Part shown: positions 29,589-39,808 of the stretch, piece by piece
Numbering within the stretch: the first letter of the stretch is position 1
Layout of the letters: every line of letters begins with the position of its first letter
Assembly: GCA_002712715.1 (NCBI GenBank)
Contig: PAUF01000016.1
Span: 68-48,907, forward strand
DNA: 48,840 bases
Direction: 5' to 3'
DNA from: Flavobacteriales bacterium
Lineage (GTDB): Bacteria > Bacteroidota > Bacteroidia > Flavobacteriales > BACL11
Position numbers and translations under genes: made by a program
Notes under the pieces: generated by a model
The model's database searches: none
Told to the model about the DNA's origin: nothing
What the model saw: the letters and a program-made list of their open reading frames with translations, nothing else

Positions 29589-29641
29589 AAAAATCCAAAA
29601 AAATTTTCTGACATCTATTTTATAAGTCTATAAAGATTTTT

Positions 29642-32600
29642 ATGAGAAGATTAATTGATAAAATATTGGAAGAAAGAATATTAGTACTGGACGGTGCTAT
29701 GGGTACAATGATTCAAGGATATAATTTAACAGAAAGTGATTTTAGAGGTGATAGATTTATTGATTCTATTTATGACCTTAAAGGAAATAATGATGTGTTA
29801 TCTATTACTCAACCTAATATAGTTTCTGAAATTCATGAAAAATATTTAGTAGCTGGAGCAGATATAATAGAGACAAATACATTTAGTTCTAATAGTATTG
29901 CGCAAGAAGATTATGGATTACAGTCTTCAGTATATGATTTGAATTATGAGTCAGCTAGAATTGCAAAAGATGCGGCTATTAAATACTCTTCTAATGAAAA
30001 ACCTAGATTTGTAGCTGGTTCAATAGGGCCTACTAATAGAACTGCATCTATTTCTCCTGATGTAAATAATCCAGCATATAGAAATATAACATTTGAACAA
30101 TTAAGAAAATCTTATTATGGTCAAGTTGGTGGTTTAATTGATGGTGGAGTTGATTTGCTTCTAGTAGAAACAGTTTTTGATACTTTAAACTGTAAAGCTG
30201 CATTGTATGCGATTATGCAGATTTTTGAAGAAAAAAATCTGCAAATTCCGATCATGGTTTCAGGAACAATTACTGATGAAAGTGGTAGAACTCTTTCAGG
30301 TCAGACAGCGGAAGCTTTTTTGAATTCAATTTCTCATGCTCCACTATTAAGTGTAGGATTTAATTGCGCTTTAGGTACTAAAGCTATGCAGCCGTATATA
30401 CAAGAGTTATCAAAGAAATCACCATATTTTATTAGTGCTTTTCCAAATGCAGGATTACCAAATGAAATGGGAAATTATGATGACACTCCAACAGCGATGT
30501 CTAAACAACTTGGTGATTTTTTAGATTTAGGTATTGTAAATATTATAGGTGGATGTTGTGGTACTACACCAGATCATATTAGAGAGTTCGTTGAAATTTC
30601 AAAAAATTTTAATCCCAGAAAAATACCTAAAATTGAAAAGAAATTAAGATTAAGTGGTCTTGAATCAGTTACAGTAGATTCTAATTCAAATTTTGTAAAT
30701 ATAGGTGAGAGAACTAATGTTATGGGTTCTAGTAAGTTTATGAAACTTATTAAAAATAAAGAATACGAGTTAGCTTTATCTGTTGCTCTAGATCAAGTAG
30801 AGAATGGTGCTCAAGTTATAGATATTAATATGGATGATGGGTTAATAGATGGAATGGAATCTATGACAGTTTTTTTAAATATGATAGCTTCAGATCCGGA
30901 TATTTCTAAGGTTCCGATAATGATAGATTCTTCTAAATGGGAGATTATAGAAGCTGGATTAAAATGTTTACAAGGTAAAGGGATTGTTAATTCTATATCC
31001 TTAAAAGAAGGAGAATCTATTTTTATTGAACAAGCTAAAAAGATAATGAGATATGGGGCAGCGGTAGTCATTATGGCTTTTGATGAAAATGGGCAGGCTG
31101 TAGATTATAATGATAAGATACGAATATGTAAAAGAGCTTATGATATTTTAGTTGACAATATTGGATTCCCTGCTGAGGATATTATATTTGATCCAAATAT
31201 TCTTACTGTTGCTACTGGGATTGAAGATCATGATAATTATGCTATAGATTTTATAAGATCTATAAAGTGGGTAAAGAAAAATCTACCATATGCAAAAGTT
31301 AGTGGGGGAGTAAGTAATGTCTCTTTTTCTTTTAGAGGTAATAATAAGGTAAGGTAGGCCATGCATTCAGCTTTTCTTTTTCATGCGATTAAAAATGGAA
31401 TGGATATGGGTATTGTTAATGCAGGTATGATCGAAGTGTATTCTGACATTCCATCGGATCTTTTAAATGCTGTAGAAGATGTTATATTTAACAATCATTC
31501 TTTATCTACTGAAAAACTTTTAGAGTTAGCAGAAATGTATAAGGGTAAGGGTAAACAAAAAGTAGAGGATCTTTCTTGGCGAGAAAAAAGTGTGGGAAAA
31601 AGATTGGAATACTCATTAGTTAAAGGAATTGTAAAATATATCGAGGATGACACAGAGGAAGCTAGAACAAATGCTAAAAAACCCCTTGATGTAATAGAAG
31701 GTCCTTTAATGAATGGAATGAATATAGTTGGTGATCTTTTTGGAAGCGGTAAGATGTTTCTTCCTCAAGTTGTGAAGAGCGCTAGGGTAATGAAGAAGTC
31801 TGTGGCTTATCTGACTCCATATATAGAAAATGATAAAACTCAAATTAAGAAGTCAGGTAAAATACTTATGGCAACTGTAAAAGGAGATGTGCATGATATT
31901 GGTAAGAATATTGTTTCGGTTGTTTTATCATGTAATAATTTTGAGATTATTGATTTAGGTGTAATGGTTTCATGTGAAAAAATTCTTTCGGCCGCTAAAA
32001 ATCATAATGTTGATATGATTGGTTTAAGTGGATTAATTACCCCTTCATTAGATGAAATGTCTTTCGTTGCTGAACAAATGCAATTAAATAATTTCAATAT
32101 ACCATTAATTATTGGTGGAGCTACTACATCTAAGGTTCATACTGCGGTAAAGCTAATGGATAAGTATACTAATAATATGATTGTTCATATTTTGGACGCT
32201 TCTAAATCTGTAAATATTTGCAATACTATTTTGGGTCCCAATGTTGAAGATTTTAAAAGAGATTTAAAGCAAGAATACACTGATATTAAGAAAAATTATT
32301 TAAACAGATTAAAATCTAAAGATCTTATTTCATTAGAAGATGCTCGAAAAAATTCATTTAAACTATCAGCTAATTATCAATCAGTTGAACCTAATACTTT
32401 AGGGGTAAGTTTGTATGATGAAATTTCTGTTGCATCGGTTGTTCCATATATAGACTGGACACCTTTCTTTATTTCTTGGGAAATGAGAGGTAAGTTCCCT
32501 AAAATATTTGATGATGAAAAATATGGTGTCGAAGCTAAAAAGCTTTATGATGACGCTAATCAAATGATTCAGAAAATTATTAATCATGATTGGGTGATTT

Positions 32601-33259
32601 TAAAATCTTTAGTTGGAATATGGAACGCTCGATCTGTTGGAGATGATGTTGAAGTATATCAAAACGGTCATAAAATAGAAACACTTAATTTTCTTAGGCA
32701 ACAATCTAGAAAGAAAAATTATAATATGTGTTTGTCAGATTATATTTCTAAAGAAAACGATTATATAGGTGCATTTATATGTACAGCGGGAATTGGTATA
32801 GATAAAAAGTTACAAGAATTTGATAATCAGTTGGATGATTATAATAGTATCCTATTGAAGTCAATTGCAGATCGACTAGCAGAAGCTTTAACTGAATATA
32901 TGCATGAAAAAGTAAGAAAAGAAATTTGGGGATATGGTAAAAATGAGAATTTTAATAATGAAGAGTTAATTAAAGAAAATTATAAAGGAATAAGGCCAGC
33001 TCCAGGTTACACAGCATGTCCTGATCATACTGAAAAATTAAAGCTATTTCTATTATTAGGTTCTGAGAAGATAGGAGTTGATCTTACAGAAAATATGGCA
33101 ATGACACCCAATGCTACCGTATGTGGATATTATTTTTCTTACCCTGAATCTAAATATTTTACAGTTGGAAAAGTTTTAGATGACCAAATTAATGATTATG
33201 CTAAAAGAAAAAATATGACCTCAAAGGAAGTTAATCAATGGTTGAGAACAAATATTTGA
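29642..33259 (+). pseudogene. metH: Cobalamin-dependent methionine synthase interrupted by one in-frame TAG (31355-31357); pseudogene, split gene or sequence error
   Basis: ORFs 29642-31357 (homocysteine domain DGAMGT...GGCCGT; pterin domain IGERTN...SN.SFSFRGN) and 31361-33259 (cap, DVHDIGKN B12 motif, RPAPGY.ACPDH activation domain) are in the same frame: GTA AGG TAG GCC ATG = V R * A M, against the usual VREAMH. Joined length 1205 aa. Confidence refers to the broken state; the metH identity is near certain. Confidence 0.6.
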
Positions 33260-33263
33260 AAAT

Positions 33264-34217
33264 ATGAAAGTAAAAGAACATTTATCAAAATCTAAAGAAA
33301 CCCTGTTTTCGTTTGAGATTTTACCTCCTTTGAAAGGAACAAGTATAAACTCAATTTATAAAACACTCGATCCTTTAATGGAATTTTCACCACCTTTTAT
33401 TGATGTCACATATCATCGTGAAGAATATGTATATAAAAAAAAGAAGAATGGTTTGTTAGAGAGGATTTCTGTAAGAAAAAGGCCAGGTACTGTAGGAATT
33501 TGTGCTGCAATAATGAATAAATATCATGTTGATACAGTTCCTCATATAATTTGCGGAGGTTTCAGTAAGGAAGAAACTGAAAATGCTCTTATTGATTTGA
33601 ATTTTTTAGGAATTGATAATGTGTTAGTTTTAAGAGGAGATCCTATTAAATCAGAAACATATTTTTCCCCAGATAAAAATGGACATCAATATGCTTCTGA
33701 ACTTTTAGAGCAAGTAATAGATATGAATAATGGTAATTATTTAGATGATGAGTTAAGTAATTCATCGCCTACTGATTTTTGCATTGGTGTTGCTGGATAT
33801 CCTGAAAAACACTTTGAAGCAGCCAATATGCGTTCAGATATTCATTTTTTAAAGAAAAAGGTAAAGGCTGGAGCTGATTATATTGTGACTCAAATGTTTT
33901 TCGATAATCAATGTTATTTTGATTTTGTCAAAATGTGTAGAGAAAATGATATTGATATTCCAATTATCCCAGGAATTAAACCAATCTCAACATTAAATCA
34001 ATTAAAGTTGCTTCCTCATAGATTTCACTTGAGTTTACCAAATAATTTGGTAGATGAAGTTCTTAAATGCAAGAACAATGATGATATAAGATTAGTGGGT
34101 ATTGACTGGGCTAAGGAACAAACTAGAGAATTGATAGAATTTGGAGCCCCATGTATTCATTTTTATACGATGGGAAAGTCAGATAATGTTCAGCAAATAG
34201 TATCAGATTTCAAATAA
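33264..34217 (+). CDS. metF: 5,10-methylenetetrahydrofolate reductase
   Basis: FSFEILPP, LVLRGDP, VAGYPEKH, KKKV.AGADYIVTQMFFD, IHFYTM. Confidence 0.96.
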   Translation: MKVKEHLSKSKETLFSFEILPPLKGTSINSIYKTLDPLMEFSPPFIDVTYHREEYVYKKKKNGLLERISVRKRPGTVGICAAIMNKYHVDTVPHIICGGFSKEETENALIDLNFLGIDNVLVLRGDPIKSETYFSPDKNGHQYASELLEQVIDMNNGNYLDDELSNSSPTDFCIGVAGYPEKHFEAANMRSDIHFLKKKVKAGADYIVTQMFFDNQCYFDFVKMCRENDIDIPIIPGIKPISTLNQLKLLPHRFHLSLPNNLVDEVLKCKNNDDIRLVGIDWAKEQTRELIEFGAPCIHFYTMGKSDNVQQIVSDFK

Positions 34218-34322
34218 ATTATTATTGATAAAAGTATTGTCTAATTCTTTTATATAAATCATAAAATAGATGACACTAGAATTCATTTCTCTAACTTAAG
34301 ATAATCTGAGATTCTTCAGAAA

Positions 34323-34661
34323 TTACAAATCGTACTTTCTGAATCTTTTGTCAACGTCATCAAACTTTGGACAATCTTGTAGATCATCTTCATTCCAATC
34401 TCTATCATCTATAATGTCTTCTAAATTTTCCATTTTTTCTTTAATCATTTCAATTTCAATTTGAATGTTTGTTGGAAGGTCTTCTAAGTCTTCTATATGT
34501 CCATATTCATCAAATAAGCTAACCATTCTTTTTGTAATTATGTCTGCAGCATTTACTACTTCGCACGGATCATACATTGTATCGAAATCTATATCTTCAA
34601 TAGATTTGCTTCCGCACGCAAAAATGAAAGGTATGGTCAATAAGAGTATTATTTTTTTCAT
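34323..34661 (-). CDS. Small acidic lipoprotein of unknown function
   Basis: MKK, hydrophobic core, then IFAC lipobox; Asp/Glu-rich mature part; own TATATTTG box at 34678-34685 (-). Confidence 0.75.
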   Translation of the reverse strand: MKKIILLLTIPFIFACGSKSIEDIDFDTMYDPCEVVNAADIITKRMVSLFDEYGHIEDLEDLPTNIQIEIEMIKEKMENLEDIIDDRDWNEDDLQDCPKFDDVDKRFRKYDL

Positions 34662-34738
34662 ATTAGATAATTTTATACAAATATATACTTTTATTTAATT
34701 TTAATAAGTGAATATAAAAACATAAAATTACGTTCTTG

Positions 34739-34746
34739 TATATTTG
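34739..34746 (+). promoter_or_regulatory. -7 promoter box (TATATTTG) directly before rsgA
   Basis: TAnnTTTG match ending 4 nt before ATG 34751. Confidence 0.6.
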
Positions 34747-34750
34747 CATA

Positions 34751-35677
34751 ATGAAATGTTTAGTTATTAAATCTACTGGTAGTTGGCATACTGTAAAAGC
34801 AGAAGGTGGTCAAATATATGAATGCAAACTTAGAGGTAACTTTAGAACTCGTGGCATTAAAAGTACTAATCCAGTTGTAGTTGGTGATAGAGTAAGTGTT
34901 GTAGATTCTAAAGGTACATATGTAATTGATAATGTGTATGAAAGAACTAATTGTATTGTTAGGAGATCTGTAAATTTGTCAAAAAAAACACATGTAATAG
35001 CTTCAAATATTGATCAGGCTATATTAATAATAACTATGAACCAGCCAGTGACAACTACTGCTTTTATTGATCGATTTTTGGTTTCAGCGAATGCTTTCGG
35101 AGTAAATGTTGTTTTGTTATTTAATAAAATAGATTTATATGATCTGAATTTATTGAAGACACATAAAGAATATATAGATATGTATGAAAAAATAGGTTAC
35201 AAATGTATTTCTACCTCCGTATTAAATAATGAATTGGATGAGATTAAATCAGTAATGAAAAATAAGATTAATATTATATCTGGTCATTCTGGAGTAGGAA
35301 AGTCTACATTGATTAATATGATTCAACCTGATTTGAGTATATCAACTCAAGATATTTCACTGTCTCATAATCAAGGTCAACATACTACTACTTTTTCGCA
35401 ACTTTATGACATGGATTTTGGAGCTTCAATTATTGATACACCTGGAATTAAAGGGTTTGGATTAGTCGAAATTGAAAAAAATGATATTTGTAACTTTTTC
35501 CCCGAATTTTTGAATTTAAGATCTAAATGTAAGTTTAATAATTGCTTTCATAATAATGAGCCGAATTGTGAAATTAAAGAAGCTGTTTTAAGAAACGAAA
35601 TTTCTGAGAGTAGGTATAAAAATTATTTAAGTATGTATAATGAAGATGATAATGAATATCGAATTAACAATTATTAA
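34751..35677 (+). CDS. rsgA: Ribosome small subunit-dependent GTPase A (start moved from 34736 to ATG 34751)
   Basis: VIKSTGSW OB-fold start; circularly permuted GTPase NKID, GHSGVGKS, GQHTTT, DTPG; Zn finger CKFNNC.H..EP.C. Confidence 0.96.
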   Translation: MKCLVIKSTGSWHTVKAEGGQIYECKLRGNFRTRGIKSTNPVVVGDRVSVVDSKGTYVIDNVYERTNCIVRRSVNLSKKTHVIASNIDQAILIITMNQPVTTTAFIDRFLVSANAFGVNVVLLFNKIDLYDLNLLKTHKEYIDMYEKIGYKCISTSVLNNELDEIKSVMKNKINIISGHSGVGKSTLINMIQPDLSISTQDISLSHNQGQHTTTFSQLYDMDFGASIIDTPGIKGFGLVEIEKNDICNFFPEFLNLRSKCKFNNCFHNNEPNCEIKEAVLRNEISESRYKNYLSMYNEDDNEYRINNY

Positions 35678-36133
35678 GTGAGAGTTATTGTTCAGAGGGT
35701 AAGCGAAGCTTCTATTCAAATTAATAGAGAAATCTATTCTAGTATTAAAGAAGGTCTGCTTATTTTATTGGGAGTTGAATCATCTGATAATTGCAATGAT
35801 GTATTATGGTTAACAAAAAAAATATCTTCTCTGAGAATATTTTCAGATAAAAATGGAAAAATGAACAAATCAATAAATGATATTGATGGAGAAATACTTG
35901 TAGTTAGTCAATTTACATTACACGCCAAGACAAAGAAAGGTAATAGACCATCTTATATCAAAGCGGCTAAGCCTAAAGAAGCTATTCCTCTATATGAAAG
36001 ATTTATTCAAGAATTATCGCTATTAAATAAAAATGAAGTGAGAAGTGGTAAATTTGGAGCGGATATGAAAGTACAGTTGATAAATGATGGGCCAGTAACA
36101 ATCATTATGGATTCTAAGTTTAGAGGTTTTTAA
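35678..36133 (+). CDS. dtd: D-aminoacyl-tRNA deacylase
   Basis: GTG start; RVIVQRV, VVSQFTL, KGNRPS, FGADM.V.LINDGPVT. Confidence 0.97.
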   Translation: MRVIVQRVSEASIQINREIYSSIKEGLLILLGVESSDNCNDVLWLTKKISSLRIFSDKNGKMNKSINDIDGEILVVSQFTLHAKTKKGNRPSYIKAAKPKEAIPLYERFIQELSLLNKNEVRSGKFGADMKVQLINDGPVTIIMDSKFRGF

Positions 36134-36209
36134 TATTTTTTAGGATAAAAAGTATATTTTATCGGTTTTGATAATTATTTCATTAAAAAATTTATATAGT
36201 TCAAAAGAA

Positions 36210-36944
36210 TTATTTCTTTTTACTTAACTTTCCATATTTGTGTATTATATTGATTTTATTTGAGAGAGACATGCTTCCAGGATTAATCCCAAGCTTATTT
36301 TCTGGAATGTTTATGTTTAACTTTTTGTAGTATTTTTCCCAAATATGCATTGTATTGTTTGTGTATGGATCTATAAATGTCATTGGAGATAATTTGAAAA
36401 TAGAATCGTTTTCGAATGCTTCATATATTAATTCTGAACAATAGTATTTATTATTATTTAATAAAAAATCATCGTCATATTCGAATCCTATTTTTTCTTG
36501 ACAGAAATTAACGGCTTTAGGTATTGCAGTAGAGTATTTTTCTTTTAATCTTCCTACTATAACTTTTGGATTTCCGTTATCATCTAATGATTGATTTAGA
36601 AAACTATCTAATCTTGTAGATTGGACACCGCCCGGTATAGATTCTAGTACTCTGGTATTTAGTAAAGGATTATGTTCTTCATTGTAATGAGTTGGAATCT
36701 TGTCATTTCCAGTTTCAATAATTATTCCTATATGTGATAAGTTAGAGTTTTGATATCCAGGAGTGACTAATTCGATAGCGTCACAAAGAGGAGAACTGTC
36801 TAAATCTTGAAATAAAATATCACCAACTTCTAAATTAAATTTCGTGATCTTCTTTTTAGGATTAGAAATAGGTTGAATTAAAAAAAAAGCTGATAATAAT
36901 ATAATCCCAATGGTAAATAATAGAAAGATATTTTTTTTACCCAT
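36210..36944 (-). CDS. Permuted papain-like NlpC/P60 protein (YiiX/YebB-like)
   Basis: N-terminal membrane anchor; GDILFQ, SHIGII (His) preceding YYCSELIY (Cys), the permuted order. Confidence 0.85.
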   Translation of the reverse strand: MGKKNIFLLFTIGIILLSAFFLIQPISNPKKKITKFNLEVGDILFQDLDSSPLCDAIELVTPGYQNSNLSHIGIIIETGNDKIPTHYNEEHNPLLNTRVLESIPGGVQSTRLDSFLNQSLDDNGNPKVIVGRLKEKYSTAIPKAVNFCQEKIGFEYDDDFLLNNNKYYCSELIYEAFENDSIFKLSPMTFIDPYTNNTMHIWEKYYKKLNINIPENKLGINPGSMSLSNKINIIHKYGKLSKKK

Positions 36945-36967
36945 TATATTTATAAATAGATTGATTG

Positions 36968-37204
36968 CTAGTCAGCTAAGACAATTATATTGTTTTTTTG
37001 CATCTCAATAACACCTCCGTTTATTTCAAAATTTTCAGTATTATTATCTTTGTCAATAATTCTAATTATCCCTTTGTTTAAAGATGAAATAATTGGTGCG
37101 TGATTTTTAAGTATTTCAAATTCTCCATCTGATCCTGGAACTTTGATGGAATTAATTTCTCCAGAGTATAATTTGTTAGATGGTGTTATTATATCAACAT
37201 TCAT
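36968..37204 (-). CDS. atpC: ATP synthase F1 epsilon subunit, short form (start moved from 37228 to ATG 37204)
   Basis: IITP...Y.G...I.VPG.DGEF.IL.NHAPIIS.L..G; directly after atpD; lacks the C-terminal helical hairpin. Confidence 0.93.
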   Translation of the reverse strand: MNVDIITPSNKLYSGEINSIKVPGSDGEFEILKNHAPIISSLNKGIIRIIDKDNNTENFEINGGVIEMQKNNIIVLAD

Positions 37205-37211
37205 AGTGAAA

Positions 37212-38732
<1,521 letters not shown>

Positions 38733-38866
38733 TTAAAAAATATTTTTCAGTTAACTTTATTGATGCAAACTTACTATTTTTTATTTGTTAAATAATATAA
38801 AGTGTTTAAATAAATTAATGTTTAATTTTGAACAGTTTTTCAACACATAAATATTTATTTAAAATT

Positions 38867-39808
38867 GTGAAAGTTTATAATTCAATAGAAGATTTTTCTC
38901 CGAAATTTAAAGTTATTTTAACTCTAGGCACCTTTGATGGTGTACATATAGGTCATCAATCAATAATATCTCAATTAAATGAAGTTTCAAAAAGTATTGG
39001 AGGAGAATCTGTTTTATTAACTTTTTACCCTCATCCTAGGCATGTATTATTTCCTGAGGATAATAATCTGTTTTTAATTACAAGCATAGAGGAAAGGAAG
39101 GATTTGTTAAAACAACATGGATTAGATCACTTGATTATACATCCATTTTCGTTGGAATTTTCCAGAATGAATTCTGTGCATTTTGTTAGAGATATTTTAG
39201 TACAAAAATTAAATATTAATACATTAGTAATTGGATATGATCATCATTTTGGGAGAAATCGCAAAGGTAATTTTGATGAATTAATTTCTTTATCTAAAAT
39301 ATATGATTTTAATTTAATGAAAATTAAACCTAAAACCTTAGATAAGGTTAAGGTAAGTTCTTCCAAAATACGTAAATTAATATTAAGCGGAAATATTAAA
39401 AATGCTAATAATTATTTAGGATCTAGATTCACATTAAAGGGTTTGGTTGTTCTTGGAAATCAGTTAGGTTCTGATATAGGTTACCCAACCGCTAATATTC
39501 AATTAGATTCTGATTTTAAAATTATTCCACCTTTTGGAGTTTATGTAGTAACAGTTATGTATGAAGATATAAATTATGTAGGGATTTTAAATATAGGTAA
39601 TAACCCAACAATTAGTCATTTAAATGATCCTACTATAGAGGTGCATATTTTAGATTTCAGTAAAAATTTATATGATGAAAAGATCAGAATTTTCTTTGTA
39701 GAAAAAATTAGAAATCTAGAGAAATTTGATTCTATAAATTTACTTGCTAAGGCTATAAATGAGGATGAGAAATTAGTAAGAGATCAGTATAGCTACTTAT
39801 TTAATTAG
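38867..39808 (+). CDS. ribF: Bifunctional riboflavin kinase/FAD synthetase (start probably GTG 38867)
   Basis: LGTFDGVHIGH, TFYPHP, GYDHHFG, SSSKIR, G..IGYPTAN, IEVHILDF. The track's TTG at 38828 lies within the TAATTTTG promoter box at 38823-38830. Confidence 0.94.
   Translation: MKVYNSIEDFSPKFKVILTLGTFDGVHIGHQSIISQLNEVSKSIGGESVLLTFYPHPRHVLFPEDNNLFLITSIEERKDLLKQHGLDHLIIHPFSLEFSRMNSVHFVRDILVQKLNINTLVIGYDHHFGRNRKGNFDELISLSKIYDFNLMKIKPKTLDKVKVSSSKIRKLILSGNIKNANNYLGSRFTLKGLVVLGNQLGSDIGYPTANIQLDSDFKIIPPFGVYVVTVMYEDINYVGILNIGNNPTISHLNDPTIEVHILDFSKNLYDEKIRIFFVEKIRNLEKFDSINLLAKAINEDEKLVRDQYSYLFN

Noticed and set aside
29385-29633. 82-aa ORF in the metK-metH spacer as a leader peptide
   Set aside because: It runs across both riboswitches and the promoter region, starts upstream of the probable metH transcript start and has no protein features.
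31355-31357. Genome-wide TAG recoding or pyrrolysine insertion as the explanation for the metH stop
   Set aside because: TAG ends exbD, the acyl-CoA dehydrogenase, porP, atpC and the 1713-aa gene at their expected C-termini. No other gene in the window has an internal TAG, and no pyl genes or suppressor tRNA are visible.
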